This document shows positions 7,423 to 15,536 of a stretch of 22,201 nt of DNA, piece by piece (the first letter of the stretch is position 1; each line of letters starts with the position of its first letter). This DNA is from Candidatus Iainarchaeum sp. Lineage in GTDB: Archaea > Iainarchaeota > Iainarchaeia > Iainarchaeales > GCA-2688035. The DNA lies in the NCBI GenBank assembly GCA_028713935.1, contig JAQTNI010000019.1, positions 1 to 22,201 of the forward strand. Reading direction: 5' to 3'. The position numbers and the translations under genes were made by a program. Under the pieces are notes generated by a model. That model saw only the letters and a list, made by a program, of their open reading frames with translations. It was not told the DNA's origin and did not search any database.

Positions 7423-7448
7423 AATAGTTCGGCAATTGCCTTACTATT
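7423..7448. promoter_or_regulatory. 26-bp imperfect palindrome upstream of the S-layer promoter
   Basis: AATAGTTCGGCAA|TTGCCTTACTATT has 11 of 13 symmetric positions, with a perfect GGCAATTGCC core. It lies about 75-100 bp upstream of the putative TATA box. Confidence 0.3.
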
Positions 7449-7520
7449 GTTCAACAAATGCAGGAAAAAACACCTTATTAACAATTTTAAAAAATTAAAC
7501 AAATGTTATTTTACGAAACG

Positions 7521-7528
7521 TATTTAAA
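7521..7528 (+). promoter_or_regulatory. putative TATA box (preceded by purine-rich BRE-like ACGAAACG) of the S-layer gene
   Basis: TATTTAAA is the best TATA-like element in the 334-nt spacer. It implies a roughly 120-nt 5' leader. A GAGGTGA Shine-Dalgarno at 7654-7660 sits 9 nt before ATG 7670. Confidence 0.45.
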
Positions 7529-7669
7529 CCCCCCCAGTAGTAATTAGTAGTGAGTCTAGCTAGACACAATGCCTTCGAGTTTTAACCATCTATGAGTTAA
7601 CACTTTGCAGGCAAAAATCTAGACTTATTCTTTGTAAAAAAAAAAACAAAAATTTGAGGTGAAACAAAA

Positions 7670-10600
7670 ATGAAAGGACTGAACATAAAAAAACTAGCTG
7701 CAGTAGCAGTTGGTTCAGCATTAGTTGGTTCAGCTCTGGCCCCAATAGTGGCAGCCGCTGTATTGAACACAGCAGACCAGCTTACAAAAGCTGATTTGGT
7801 GAACACTACAACAGGCGCTCCAACAGTACAGGTTGCTGTAGGTTCGAACGCAGCAATATCTGACTTCATATGGGCTGGAAACATAGCTGCAAAAGTCGCA
7901 CAGTTGGCTACAACAGAACAGCCTGTCGTAGTTACAGCCGGAGGCGAAGGCGGCAGCACTCCAACAATATCCGACAAAACAGTTGACGTCACAGTAGGAG
8001 GAACACAAACATACTCTTCAACAGCCTCTTACCTAATGACAGACTCAAACTATCCCCTGAATTCAGGAACAGGCGAATCAGCACACGAATTCATTAAGGA
8101 ATTAGGAAACGGCCAATTGCAATTCCTGACAAACTCAACAAAAACATACACCTACAATGGTTCAACAAGCTCTGTGCTAATGAAAGAAGAAATTCATATA
8201 GATGCAGATGCAAAGTTTGACAAAACAACTCCAGTCAAGGACCTAGGCTTGTCAGTATCACAATCCGGGTTTAAATATGTTTTGTCTTTGGGCTCAGCTA
8301 CAAACAACGGAATTCCAGCAGAAAATTCAGCAGGATCTGCAACAGCATTCAATGATGGGGATAACGACAATATGGTAATACCTTTCTTAGGAGAAAGTTA
8401 CACCATAAACCAGATTGACACTACAGCATCTCCCATTACAATGAGGCTGATCAAGGAGTCTGCGAAAACAACTTACTACACAGGCAACGAAATTTCAGGT
8501 CTTAAAGGAAAAGGAGCATACGCGGGACAAGAACTCAAGGTAAAAGTTGCTGCAGTAACCGCATCAGGGCCAGCAGCATCAAGCTACAGCGCAAGAATGG
8601 ACCTCTATGACTCAGAAGGCAACCTTATTGACACACAAACAATAAGCACTGCTTCATTCCTGGACGAAATGTTCCTGAGCAACGGAGCCTATGTGTTGGA
8701 CAGCACAGTCTATATCTCAACAATAGCAATTGAAACAGAAACAAACAAAGGCTATGTAACTGCCACAGTCGGAACAGGAGTCTTAAGGTTGGCTGACACA
8801 AAACAGTTCCCCTATGATTCCACAGACACAAACACAAGCAACGACTATTGGATTGCAGGCTTTGACTTCAATTCAACACAAACAACAACTCCATCAAATG
8901 TGAAAACACTGCAAAAAGTAACAATCAAAAACTCTGTACAAAGATGGGACAATACAGTCGGCTACAATCCACTGTTTGCCGGAGACCAATCACTAATAGA
9001 AGCCCACAAAACAGGATCCCAAGAAGCAACATTCATGGAAGGAGTAGGATTAAACTCAGACACTCTGGGATACGGCTTTGTAAAACTGAAATTCGATGGC
9101 TTCAAGCAGGATAAAACAACAGTTACCCAGCAAATCGGAAGAACAGCAGATTGTACAGGAACAGGCAATGGAAGCAACACAGGATGCGTAGTATACAAGG
9201 ACTCAGGCAACCTGCAAAGGGCAATTCCATTCTATTTGGAATTAAGCTCTAACACAGGAACAACCTGGAATTCCTTTTACATAAGCAACGCAACCTTCTG
9301 GTACAGATGCGACTCAACAGATGTGAATATACAATGGGGCGCAGGAGACAGCAACTCATTGAACGGAGCCATTATTGCAACTACTGGATTGGATATAAAC
9401 AAAATATCCGACTATGGTAATGAAGCAGGTCCGGGATATGACAGCAAGCCAAGAGACCTAAATGGAGTAACCTATGTTAACACAGGGTTCCTACAAGACG
9501 GACAGGTAGCAGTAGGCCTTTTAGCAGACGGTAACTGCCAGTTCTCAAGCACAGACCCAACAACAACAGCAACATACATCGGAATGGGCGTTGCAACTCC
9601 AATGAACAACACAATCTATTATTCAGACACAAACGGAGCAAGACAGGGAAAAGCATCATTTCCATTGTCATTCACAGCAGCAAATATCACGGACACATAC
9701 AAGTATGCATTCACAGCAAATGAAGCATACAACAAAGCGTTCCTATTGCTGGACAGGCAGACAAACTTCAGCACGCCATACTCTAACTTTGACATAACCT
9801 TTTTGGGTTCAGACAAAGGAGAGACAGGCAATTTGGTTTTGCCACAAACACAATGGTATGGTGGAGGGGTTATTGCAAACCCGGCAACAATCAGCAACTA
9901 CAGAACACACTATCTGCCAGACACAGAAGCAATGGGACAGGTATCAGGGAACAATGACTACATCATTGCCCAATTTGGCATAGATGCAAACAGCACAGCA
10001 GGACAGGACCTGAACATAAACATAGACACAGGCACAGGAAGACCAATTGCTTTCCCAAATACAAATTTAAGCAGTTGGACTGTTGATGTCAATGCAGCTC
10101 CTTGGGGAAACCTCTGGACACTGACAACAAACACAAGTTCCGATACCTATCTGCAGGCAGCATACCTGGATTATGGCACAAAAGTGACATTAGTAAATGA
10201 CTATGTCACAATTGTAGGTCCAGAAACCCAGACTTACCTGAAGTTGACTGCAATTGGAAAAGCAGCTACAACAACAGTAAGCGGCGGAGAAGCGCTGACA
10301 GGGCTTGCAGAAGGCCAGAAAGGAAAGACAACAGGCGGAACAGAAGTCACAGTTGACAAAATCAATGTGACCGCAACTTGCCCAGCAGCAGGCGGCGCTG
10401 TAGCAGCACCAGCAACCTACAAGCAAATCTATCCAGTAGGGGAAATGGTTGTAGCTGACACAGTGGCACCAGCCAAAGCCATCATAGTTGGCGGCTATTT
10501 GGTCAACAACCTGGCAAGAGACGTTGTCTTGTCTGACGGCACAAGGCTGACAGAAGCACTGACTGCTTCAGGCGATAGAGTCGTTGATGTGTTGAATGAC

Positions 10601-10690
10601 GGCAGCGTAATAGTAGCCGGATACACAGCATCGGACACTAAGCAGGCAGCACAGGACTTAATATCAGCTTTGGACACATTGCTGCAATAA
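7670..10690 (+). CDS. S-layer (surface-layer) glycoprotein
   Basis: 1006 aa. Signal peptide MKGLNIKKLAAVAVGSALVGSALAPIVAAA. Thr/Ser/Asn/Gly-rich with few Cys and many N-x-S/T sequons. The C-terminus (IIVGGYLVNNLARDVV...VIVAGYTASDTKQAAQDLI) resembles the Methanococcales-type S-layer C-terminal domain. Strong SD, codon usage distinct from neighbours (few T-runs), and a strong terminator. Confidence 0.85.
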   Translation: MKGLNIKKLAAVAVGSALVGSALAPIVAAAVLNTADQLTKADLVNTTTGAPTVQVAVGSNAAISDFIWAGNIAAKVAQLATTEQPVVVTAGGEGGSTPTISDKTVDVTVGGTQTYSSTASYLMTDSNYPLNSGTGESAHEFIKELGNGQLQFLTNSTKTYTYNGSTSSVLMKEEIHIDADAKFDKTTPVKDLGLSVSQSGFKYVLSLGSATNNGIPAENSAGSATAFNDGDNDNMVIPFLGESYTINQIDTTASPITMRLIKESAKTTYYTGNEISGLKGKGAYAGQELKVKVAAVTASGPAASSYSARMDLYDSEGNLIDTQTISTASFLDEMFLSNGAYVLDSTVYISTIAIETETNKGYVTATVGTGVLRLADTKQFPYDSTDTNTSNDYWIAGFDFNSTQTTTPSNVKTLQKVTIKNSVQRWDNTVGYNPLFAGDQSLIEAHKTGSQEATFMEGVGLNSDTLGYGFVKLKFDGFKQDKTTVTQQIGRTADCTGTGNGSNTGCVVYKDSGNLQRAIPFYLELSSNTGTTWNSFYISNATFWYRCDSTDVNIQWGAGDSNSLNGAIIATTGLDINKISDYGNEAGPGYDSKPRDLNGVTYVNTGFLQDGQVAVGLLADGNCQFSSTDPTTTATYIGMGVATPMNNTIYYSDTNGARQGKASFPLSFTAANITDTYKYAFTANEAYNKAFLLLDRQTNFSTPYSNFDITFLGSDKGETGNLVLPQTQWYGGGVIANPATISNYRTHYLPDTEAMGQVSGNNDYIIAQFGIDANSTAGQDLNINIDTGTGRPIAFPNTNLSSWTVDVNAAPWGNLWTLTTNTSSDTYLQAAYLDYGTKVTLVNDYVTIVGPETQTYLKLTAIGKAATTTVSGGEALTGLAEGQKGKTTGGTEVTVDKINVTATCPAAGGAVAAPATYKQIYPVGEMVVADTVAPAKAIIVGGYLVNNLARDVVLSDGTRLTEALTASGDRVVDVLNDGSVIVAGYTASDTKQAAQDLISALDTLLQ

Positions 10691-10696
10691 AATAAG

Positions 10697-10753
10697 TTTT
10701 TTTTCGAAAAAAAAATCAGGCTTTAACGCCTGATTTTTCTTTTTCTTTTTTTT
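10697..10753 (+). terminator. compound terminator of the S-layer gene
   Basis: T8 at 10697-10704 begins 7 nt after the stop. A perfect 11-bp stem AAAAATCAGGC (10711-10721) / GCCTGATTTTT (10728-10738) has a TTTAAC loop. It is followed by T5-C-T5-C-T8 up to 10753. Confidence 0.65.
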
Positions 10754-10868
10754 AACCTCTTGTTTTGTAAAAACAATTAGAGGTTATGTAGAACACTTGC
10801 GTTTTTTTTACTTGCTTTAAGCGTTAATTAAAAAACTGTTTGCTCTAATTTTTTCTTAACCGGTTTTT

Positions 10869-11510
10869 ATGAATAAAAAAAATCTTTTTTACATTGTTGG
10901 CTTTTTTATTGTAATCGCGGTTATTGCTTGGGGCGCAGCTTTTGCACTTGCAAAGCCGAATTTTATTTATAATTACAATGCAAATGGCCTTATTGTAAGG
11001 TCAAATGATTTTGACCCAAAGATGTATTTTGCAGAATTGGGCAATTCAACTAATTTTATTGTTTCGCCTGAAATGCATGAAACTGTTTCGGCTGATGACC
11101 ATTCTGTTTTTGGGGCCGCAAACATTTTTTCTGTTGTCCTGACCGGCAATAAAAAGGCTGTTGTAATGCTTGTAAGGGTTTTGGATTCAGGCAATTCCCT
11201 TGCCTATTGCATGACAAACAAGGGCAGCTTGCAGGTTTCCGAAAAAGTTTCAAAAGAACAGTGCCTTGCTTACCTTGATTCAAATTCAGCAGTAAAAATA
11301 ATGGTGGATTATCCAAGCGAGTCTTTTCAAATTGCTTCCGCCTTTCTTGAAAAAGACAGGATTACAATTAGGACAAACAGTGCCTCTAACATTGGAAATT
11401 CCGCTTTTGTGGTTTCCGCAATAATGTATGAAAATACAGAAGAAATAATCAGCAAGTCAAATGACATTGTTGGAAGCGTGCTTTCAGGCGGAGTTCCAAA
11501 AGTCAATTAA
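10869..11510 (+). CDS. membrane-anchored extracytoplasmic hypothetical protein
   Basis: 213 aa. N-terminal signal-anchor LFYIVGFFIVIAVIAWGAAFALA, with the rest hydrophilic. It is directly downstream of the S-layer gene. Confidence 0.6.
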   Translation: MNKKNLFYIVGFFIVIAVIAWGAAFALAKPNFIYNYNANGLIVRSNDFDPKMYFAELGNSTNFIVSPEMHETVSADDHSVFGAANIFSVVLTGNKKAVVMLVRVLDSGNSLAYCMTNKGSLQVSEKVSKEQCLAYLDSNSAVKIMVDYPSESFQIASAFLEKDRITIRTNSASNIGNSAFVVSAIMYENTEEIISKSNDIVGSVLSGGVPKVN

Positions 11511-11547
11511 AACCTTTTTATTGGAATGCCATTTTAGAGGAACTTTG

Positions 11548-12600
11548 ATGGTTGGAAAATTCACACAATTTTTCCTGATTTTGCTGGGAATTTTTGCAGT
11601 TCTCCTTATTTTCTCCAGAATAACCAATTCATTTGAAGCAATAGCGGGCGCAAGCCTGTTTTTTTTGGCAATCGCATGCTTTTTTTTTGTTCTTTCCATA
11701 ACAATATGGGTTTTTTCCTGGGCTTTCCTGTTGAAAACTCGCTCCAAATTGCCTTTTTGGGATGCTGTTTTGGCTGGCTTTTCTTCTGTTTACGGTTCAA
11801 TTGACCCCTTCCAATTTGGCGCAGATGCATTGCGTGCGCTTTTTGTCAAGAACTGGCTTAATTCTTCTTATTCTGACTCTTTGGCTGCTTCAATGATAAC
11901 AAAAGGCCTGAAATTTTTGCTGATGGCATTGCTTGCAGGCATTGCAATGGTTTTTTTTGTTTTCACGCAGAATAATGCCCTGTTTGCAGTGTCTTTTTTT
12001 TCAGGGTTTGTGGTTATCGCACTTGCGGCATTGCTTTTCCTGCTTCCAATGGACAAAAAAATCGGCTTTAAAATTGCGGATTTTTTCAGGCATCTTTCAA
12101 AATTCTGGAAAAAATTTTTTTTGGCTGAAAATTTTTTTCGCGCATATTCCGGCTATCTCCAGGGCACAAGCAAAAGGGCAATTGCAATTGTTTTTGCAGC
12201 CGTTACTTTATCACTTTTTTTTGAATTCGTTTCGCTTTTTTTTTCATTTGAAGCAGTCGGCATTCCAATTCCATTTTTGCTGATGGCAGTGCTCTTTGTA
12301 ATAATCATAGTGCTTTCAAGAGTCCCTGTTCTCCCCTATGGAATAGGCCTTGTTGAAGCAGTCGGCTTTTCCTTTGTTTCCCTGAATGCGCCAGCACTTC
12401 CAGAAGAAAAAATTGCAGCAGCGCTTGCATTGTATGCAATTGCGCGCATCTTTGTCCCGACAATCCTGAGCTTTGCAGTTTATCTTGCCTGTGCAAAAAA
12501 ATTTTCAACTGCAAAGAATTTCAAAAACAGTTCACCAGAAAATGTTTCTCGCGAAAATAAAGGCAAGAAACCAGAACAGGCAGTTCAAAAAAACAATTAG
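11548..12600 (+). CDS. polytopic membrane protein, LPG-synthase-TM / UPF0104 flippase-like family
   Basis: At least 7 predicted TM helices and an FGADALRALFVK motif, similar to the GGEPLRA motif of UPF0104. AGAGG lies 8 nt upstream of ATG 11548. The longer 11461 start would overlap the preceding gene. Confidence 0.55.
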   Translation: MVGKFTQFFLILLGIFAVLLIFSRITNSFEAIAGASLFFLAIACFFFVLSITIWVFSWAFLLKTRSKLPFWDAVLAGFSSVYGSIDPFQFGADALRALFVKNWLNSSYSDSLAASMITKGLKFLLMALLAGIAMVFFVFTQNNALFAVSFFSGFVVIALAALLFLLPMDKKIGFKIADFFRHLSKFWKKFFLAENFFRAYSGYLQGTSKRAIAIVFAAVTLSLFFEFVSLFFSFEAVGIPIPFLLMAVLFVIIIVLSRVPVLPYGIGLVEAVGFSFVSLNAPALPEEKIAAALALYAIARIFVPTILSFAVYLACAKKFSTAKNFKNSSPENVSRENKGKKPEQAVQKNN

Positions 12601-13494
12601 CCAGATTACGCTGACAACCTGCCATTCTTTCATTGGCCCGAAAATTTTTATTACTAATTTTGCAAAATCCAGCCTTTCCTTTTTGTCAGGATAATCGGGA
12701 ATTCCAAGTTTTCCGTTTTCCAAAATTGCATAGGGCTGAATTGCCTTCTGGCTCAGGTCTTTTTTGTTTGTCCTAAGTTTTAACACAAAAAAATCAATTA
12801 AGTGCGGCAAATAAAACAGGAAAACAATTGCCATTAGCATTATGTTCCCAGTAAGCACAAGCACGCATCCAATCATTCCCCCGATTAACAGTGTCCCGGA
12901 ATCTCCCGGAAAAACCTTTGCTGGAAAAAAATTCCAGAATAGCAATCCGAGAATTGCTGCTGAAAAAACAATTGCAAGCAGAAAAAACTGTGTAGTTACA
13001 AGCAATGCAGCCACAAAACAGGAAATTATGAATCCGCTTCCAATTTCCCAGCCATTCAGGCCTGCAAAAGTGTTCTGCAATGCAGCCAATCCGACAATAA
13101 ACAATGCAAGCAAGGGAACAAGAGCCCAGTGCTGAGAAAACAGGAATGCAAATGCAAGGCAGAACAATGAAATAGGCACAGCCCTTGCTTTCCAGGAAAG
13201 GCTTCCCCGAAATTTTTTTTTCAAATCATCAAACAAGCCAATTATTGAACAGCCTGTTACAGCCAGGCCCAGAATAAAAAAGCCAGCATTAAAATTTTCA
13301 AATGCAATTATCAAAAAAATTCCAATCCATACTGGAACAAGCAGGGCAATTCCGCAGGCCTCAGGCAGAAAAACCTTTTTCTGCTTATTGATGTCCCTGC
13401 CCAAAACGCCAATTTTTTTCATTTTTTTTGCAGCAAAAAAAACGCTTGCAGCGCCTGCAAAAAAAATCACTGCAAAAAGCAGCAAAACATCCAC
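12532..13494 (-). CDS. glycosyltransferase family 4, polyprenyl-phosphate HexNAc-1-phosphate transferase (AglH/MraY/WecA-like)
   Basis: Polytopic membrane protein with IGLFDDLKK (DD motif), NTFAGLNGWEIGSG (archaeal version of NxxNxxDGxDG) and FPAKVFPGDSGTLLIGG. Confidence 0.8.
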   Translation of the reverse strand: MDVLLLFAVIFFAGAASVFFAAKKMKKIGVLGRDINKQKKVFLPEACGIALLVPVWIGIFLIIAFENFNAGFFILGLAVTGCSIIGLFDDLKKKFRGSLSWKARAVPISLFCLAFAFLFSQHWALVPLLALFIVGLAALQNTFAGLNGWEIGSGFIISCFVAALLVTTQFFLLAIVFSAAILGLLFWNFFPAKVFPGDSGTLLIGGMIGCVLVLTGNIMLMAIVFLFYLPHLIDFFVLKLRTNKKDLSQKAIQPYAILENGKLGIPDYPDKKERLDFAKLVIKIFGPMKEWQVVSVIWLIVFLNCLFWFLAFIFARNIFW

Positions 13495-13558
13495 AAAAAC
13501 ACCTTTGGTTCAGTATTTACTTTTCTCAAAAACAATAAAAACAGATTTTTTTAGGGAA

Positions 13559-14812
13559 TCAGGCAACATTGTTTTTCATGAGCTCTGCGAGCACAGTAGT
13601 CGCATAATTTCCCTTTTCGAGCTCAAAAAAAATTTTTGCAAACAATTTTCCCTCATTAAATTCATCCCTGCCGATTTCAATTAAAGCCATTTTTTCTGCT
13701 TTCAGGACAATTGCCTTTCTGCTGCCTTTTGAAGAAACCTCCGGCATTTCCTTGACTTTAAACTTTGCCAGATTAATGCCTTCTTCTTCAAGCACTTTTT
13801 TTTCAATTTTTCCAGGCAGGCCGGAAGCCAGTTCAGATTCAAAGCCAGGCAAAACAGCACTTGGCATTCCATCAATAAGAATGTCACCTTCAACAGGCTT
13901 CAATCCAATTCCCGACTTTAGCCTTTCTTCAATTATTTTGTTGAACAAATACGATTGATAGGCATGGGTAAACAAAAATCGCAGTTGCTTTGGCAGTTTC
14001 CTGAAAGCGCCCGCAAAATCGTTAGGGTATCTGCACAAATGGTGAATCAATGCCCTTTCAGGCCTGTATTCAATTGGAAACTCTTTGCTTGCCTTGCTGA
14101 AATCCATTGTTTCCGCAAGATTTTTTCTCGCAATTTTTATTTCAGGCTTTTCTTTTTCCCCCTGCTTTGTCAAAAAAAGCATTACTCCCTCTTTCAGGTT
14201 TCCGTTTATGAATTCTTTTCCTACAAGATGAGTAACGCTTCTCACTCCGCCAAACCTCTGCTCTCCGAAAAAATTTGCAATCCCGTTTTTTGCCTCTGCA
14301 AAAAAATCCTCAATTCTTTTTTTCAATTCTTTCTCTTCCAAATCAATTGCCCTTATTGTAATTGTAAACCTGTTTCCTTTTAACGAGCCAATTTCAATTC
14401 TTTCAGGCTGCCACTTCAATGGCCGCAAATCAATTGTCCTGCTCTGGAACAATTTAAGTTTTTCAGGGTCAGGAGAAAAAATTGTAATGAATTGCGAGGT
14501 TATTGCGCGCTTGTCTTTCATTCCCGCATAGCCAAACCTTTTCCTTGACAACTGCAGAAACCTTGAAAGCCTGCGAAGAACAAAATTTTCATCCGCATTG
14601 CATTTTTCAAGCTCGCAGAGCAACTGGCTGTTTTCCCTCTGGTTTTCATTTGCAGGCACAACAATCGGAGTTGCCCTGTTCATTGCATCTTCAAGCAAAA
14701 ACCTTTTTACTTCTGCAAGCCCCTGCAGGCCCATCTCTTCAACAACAAAATCAGAATAACGCAGCTTAATATGCCCGCCAATGCCCTTGCTTTTTGTCGA
14801 ATAAGACTGCAT
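13559..14812 (-). CDS. truD: tRNA pseudouridine(13) synthase TruD/Pus7
   Basis: GIGGHIKLRYSDFVVEE, catalytic FGYAGMKDKRAITSQ, NFFGEQRFGG and HAYQSYLFN. At 417 aa the length is typical of archaeal TruD. Confidence 0.9.
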   Translation of the reverse strand: MQSYSTKSKGIGGHIKLRYSDFVVEEMGLQGLAEVKRFLLEDAMNRATPIVVPANENQRENSQLLCELEKCNADENFVLRRLSRFLQLSRKRFGYAGMKDKRAITSQFITIFSPDPEKLKLFQSRTIDLRPLKWQPERIEIGSLKGNRFTITIRAIDLEEKELKKRIEDFFAEAKNGIANFFGEQRFGGVRSVTHLVGKEFINGNLKEGVMLFLTKQGEKEKPEIKIARKNLAETMDFSKASKEFPIEYRPERALIHHLCRYPNDFAGAFRKLPKQLRFLFTHAYQSYLFNKIIEERLKSGIGLKPVEGDILIDGMPSAVLPGFESELASGLPGKIEKKVLEEEGINLAKFKVKEMPEVSSKGSRKAIVLKAEKMALIEIGRDEFNEGKLFAKIFFELEKGNYATTVLAELMKNNVA

Positions 14813-14889
14813 AAAAAATCCCTGTATGCTTTCTATACAATGAATTTAAACAAAACTTATTTAAAAAGAAAAAAATAGTATTAACTGTT

Positions 14890-15528
14890 ATGCCTGGAAG
14901 AATCAGCATTCGTGGAGACCATGCAAGAGTAAAAACCCTGAGCAGGCGAAGGCACAGCAGGCTTGGTTTTGATCCAGAGCCAAGGATTGTGCAGCGCAAA
15001 TCCAAGAAAATCCTTGTGCGCAGTTATTCTGTTGCAATGGCTTTGGCGCATATTTTGTACCCGGAAAATTTTCCGAAACTTGTTGCAAGCAGCCTTGACA
15101 GGAAAACCACTTTTTCTGAACAAGTTCAAACCAACAAGAACAGCCACAAAGCAGTAAAATCTTTTTACAGAAGGCTTCCTTACAGAAAGGCTCTTGATAG
15201 TGTGTTTCCGCGCCTAAGAGTTTTGAAAGATTTAAAATACAATCCAAGAAAATACCGTGCACATGAGGAAAAAGTAAAACAAAATGCTATCCCGCTTGCT
15301 GATGAGGTCCTAAGTGAAAGTGGCATTGAAATCAACCCGAAGGCAATGAATATAGGTTTTGCAAAAAATGGTTCGCCGGTTTTTTTTGAAATTACTGGCA
15401 TTTATCCAAAAGTACTGCGTAAAAAAATAGAATCAATGCAGGAAAGCCTGGAAAAAAAACAGGCTATGCAATTGCTTGAAGCAATTGAAGCAGAGGCAAA
15501 AGGCAATGTCTTAATTTTTGTGCATTAG
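14890..15528 (+). CDS. hypothetical basic protein (orphan)
   Basis: 212-aa ORF with no recognised domain. TTATTTAAAAA at 14857-14867 lies about 28 nt before the ATG, suggesting a leaderless mRNA. Divergent from truD. Confidence 0.55.
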   Translation: MPGRISIRGDHARVKTLSRRRHSRLGFDPEPRIVQRKSKKILVRSYSVAMALAHILYPENFPKLVASSLDRKTTFSEQVQTNKNSHKAVKSFYRRLPYRKALDSVFPRLRVLKDLKYNPRKYRAHEEKVKQNAIPLADEVLSESGIEINPKAMNIGFAKNGSPVFFEITGIYPKVLRKKIESMQESLEKKQAMQLLEAIEAEAKGNVLIFVH

Positions 15529-15536
15529 TAACATAC

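Noticed and set aside
7597-10677. Multiple 60-131-aa minus-strand ORFs inside the S-layer gene (for example 7597-7992, 9619-9897, 10190-10426)
   Set aside because: They are antisense to a gene with a signal peptide, SD, terminator and paralog support. Their Cys-rich translations arise from ACA/GCA-rich sense codons.
11640-13460. Numerous T8-T9 / A8 homopolymer tracts in the flippase-like and GT4 genes, considered as slipped-strand phase-variation switches
   Set aside because: The runs correspond to FF(F) and KK(K) codons (TTT/AAA) in Phe-rich membrane proteins of an AT-rich genome. Similar runs occur throughout the housekeeping genes, so there is no specific evidence for contingency loci.
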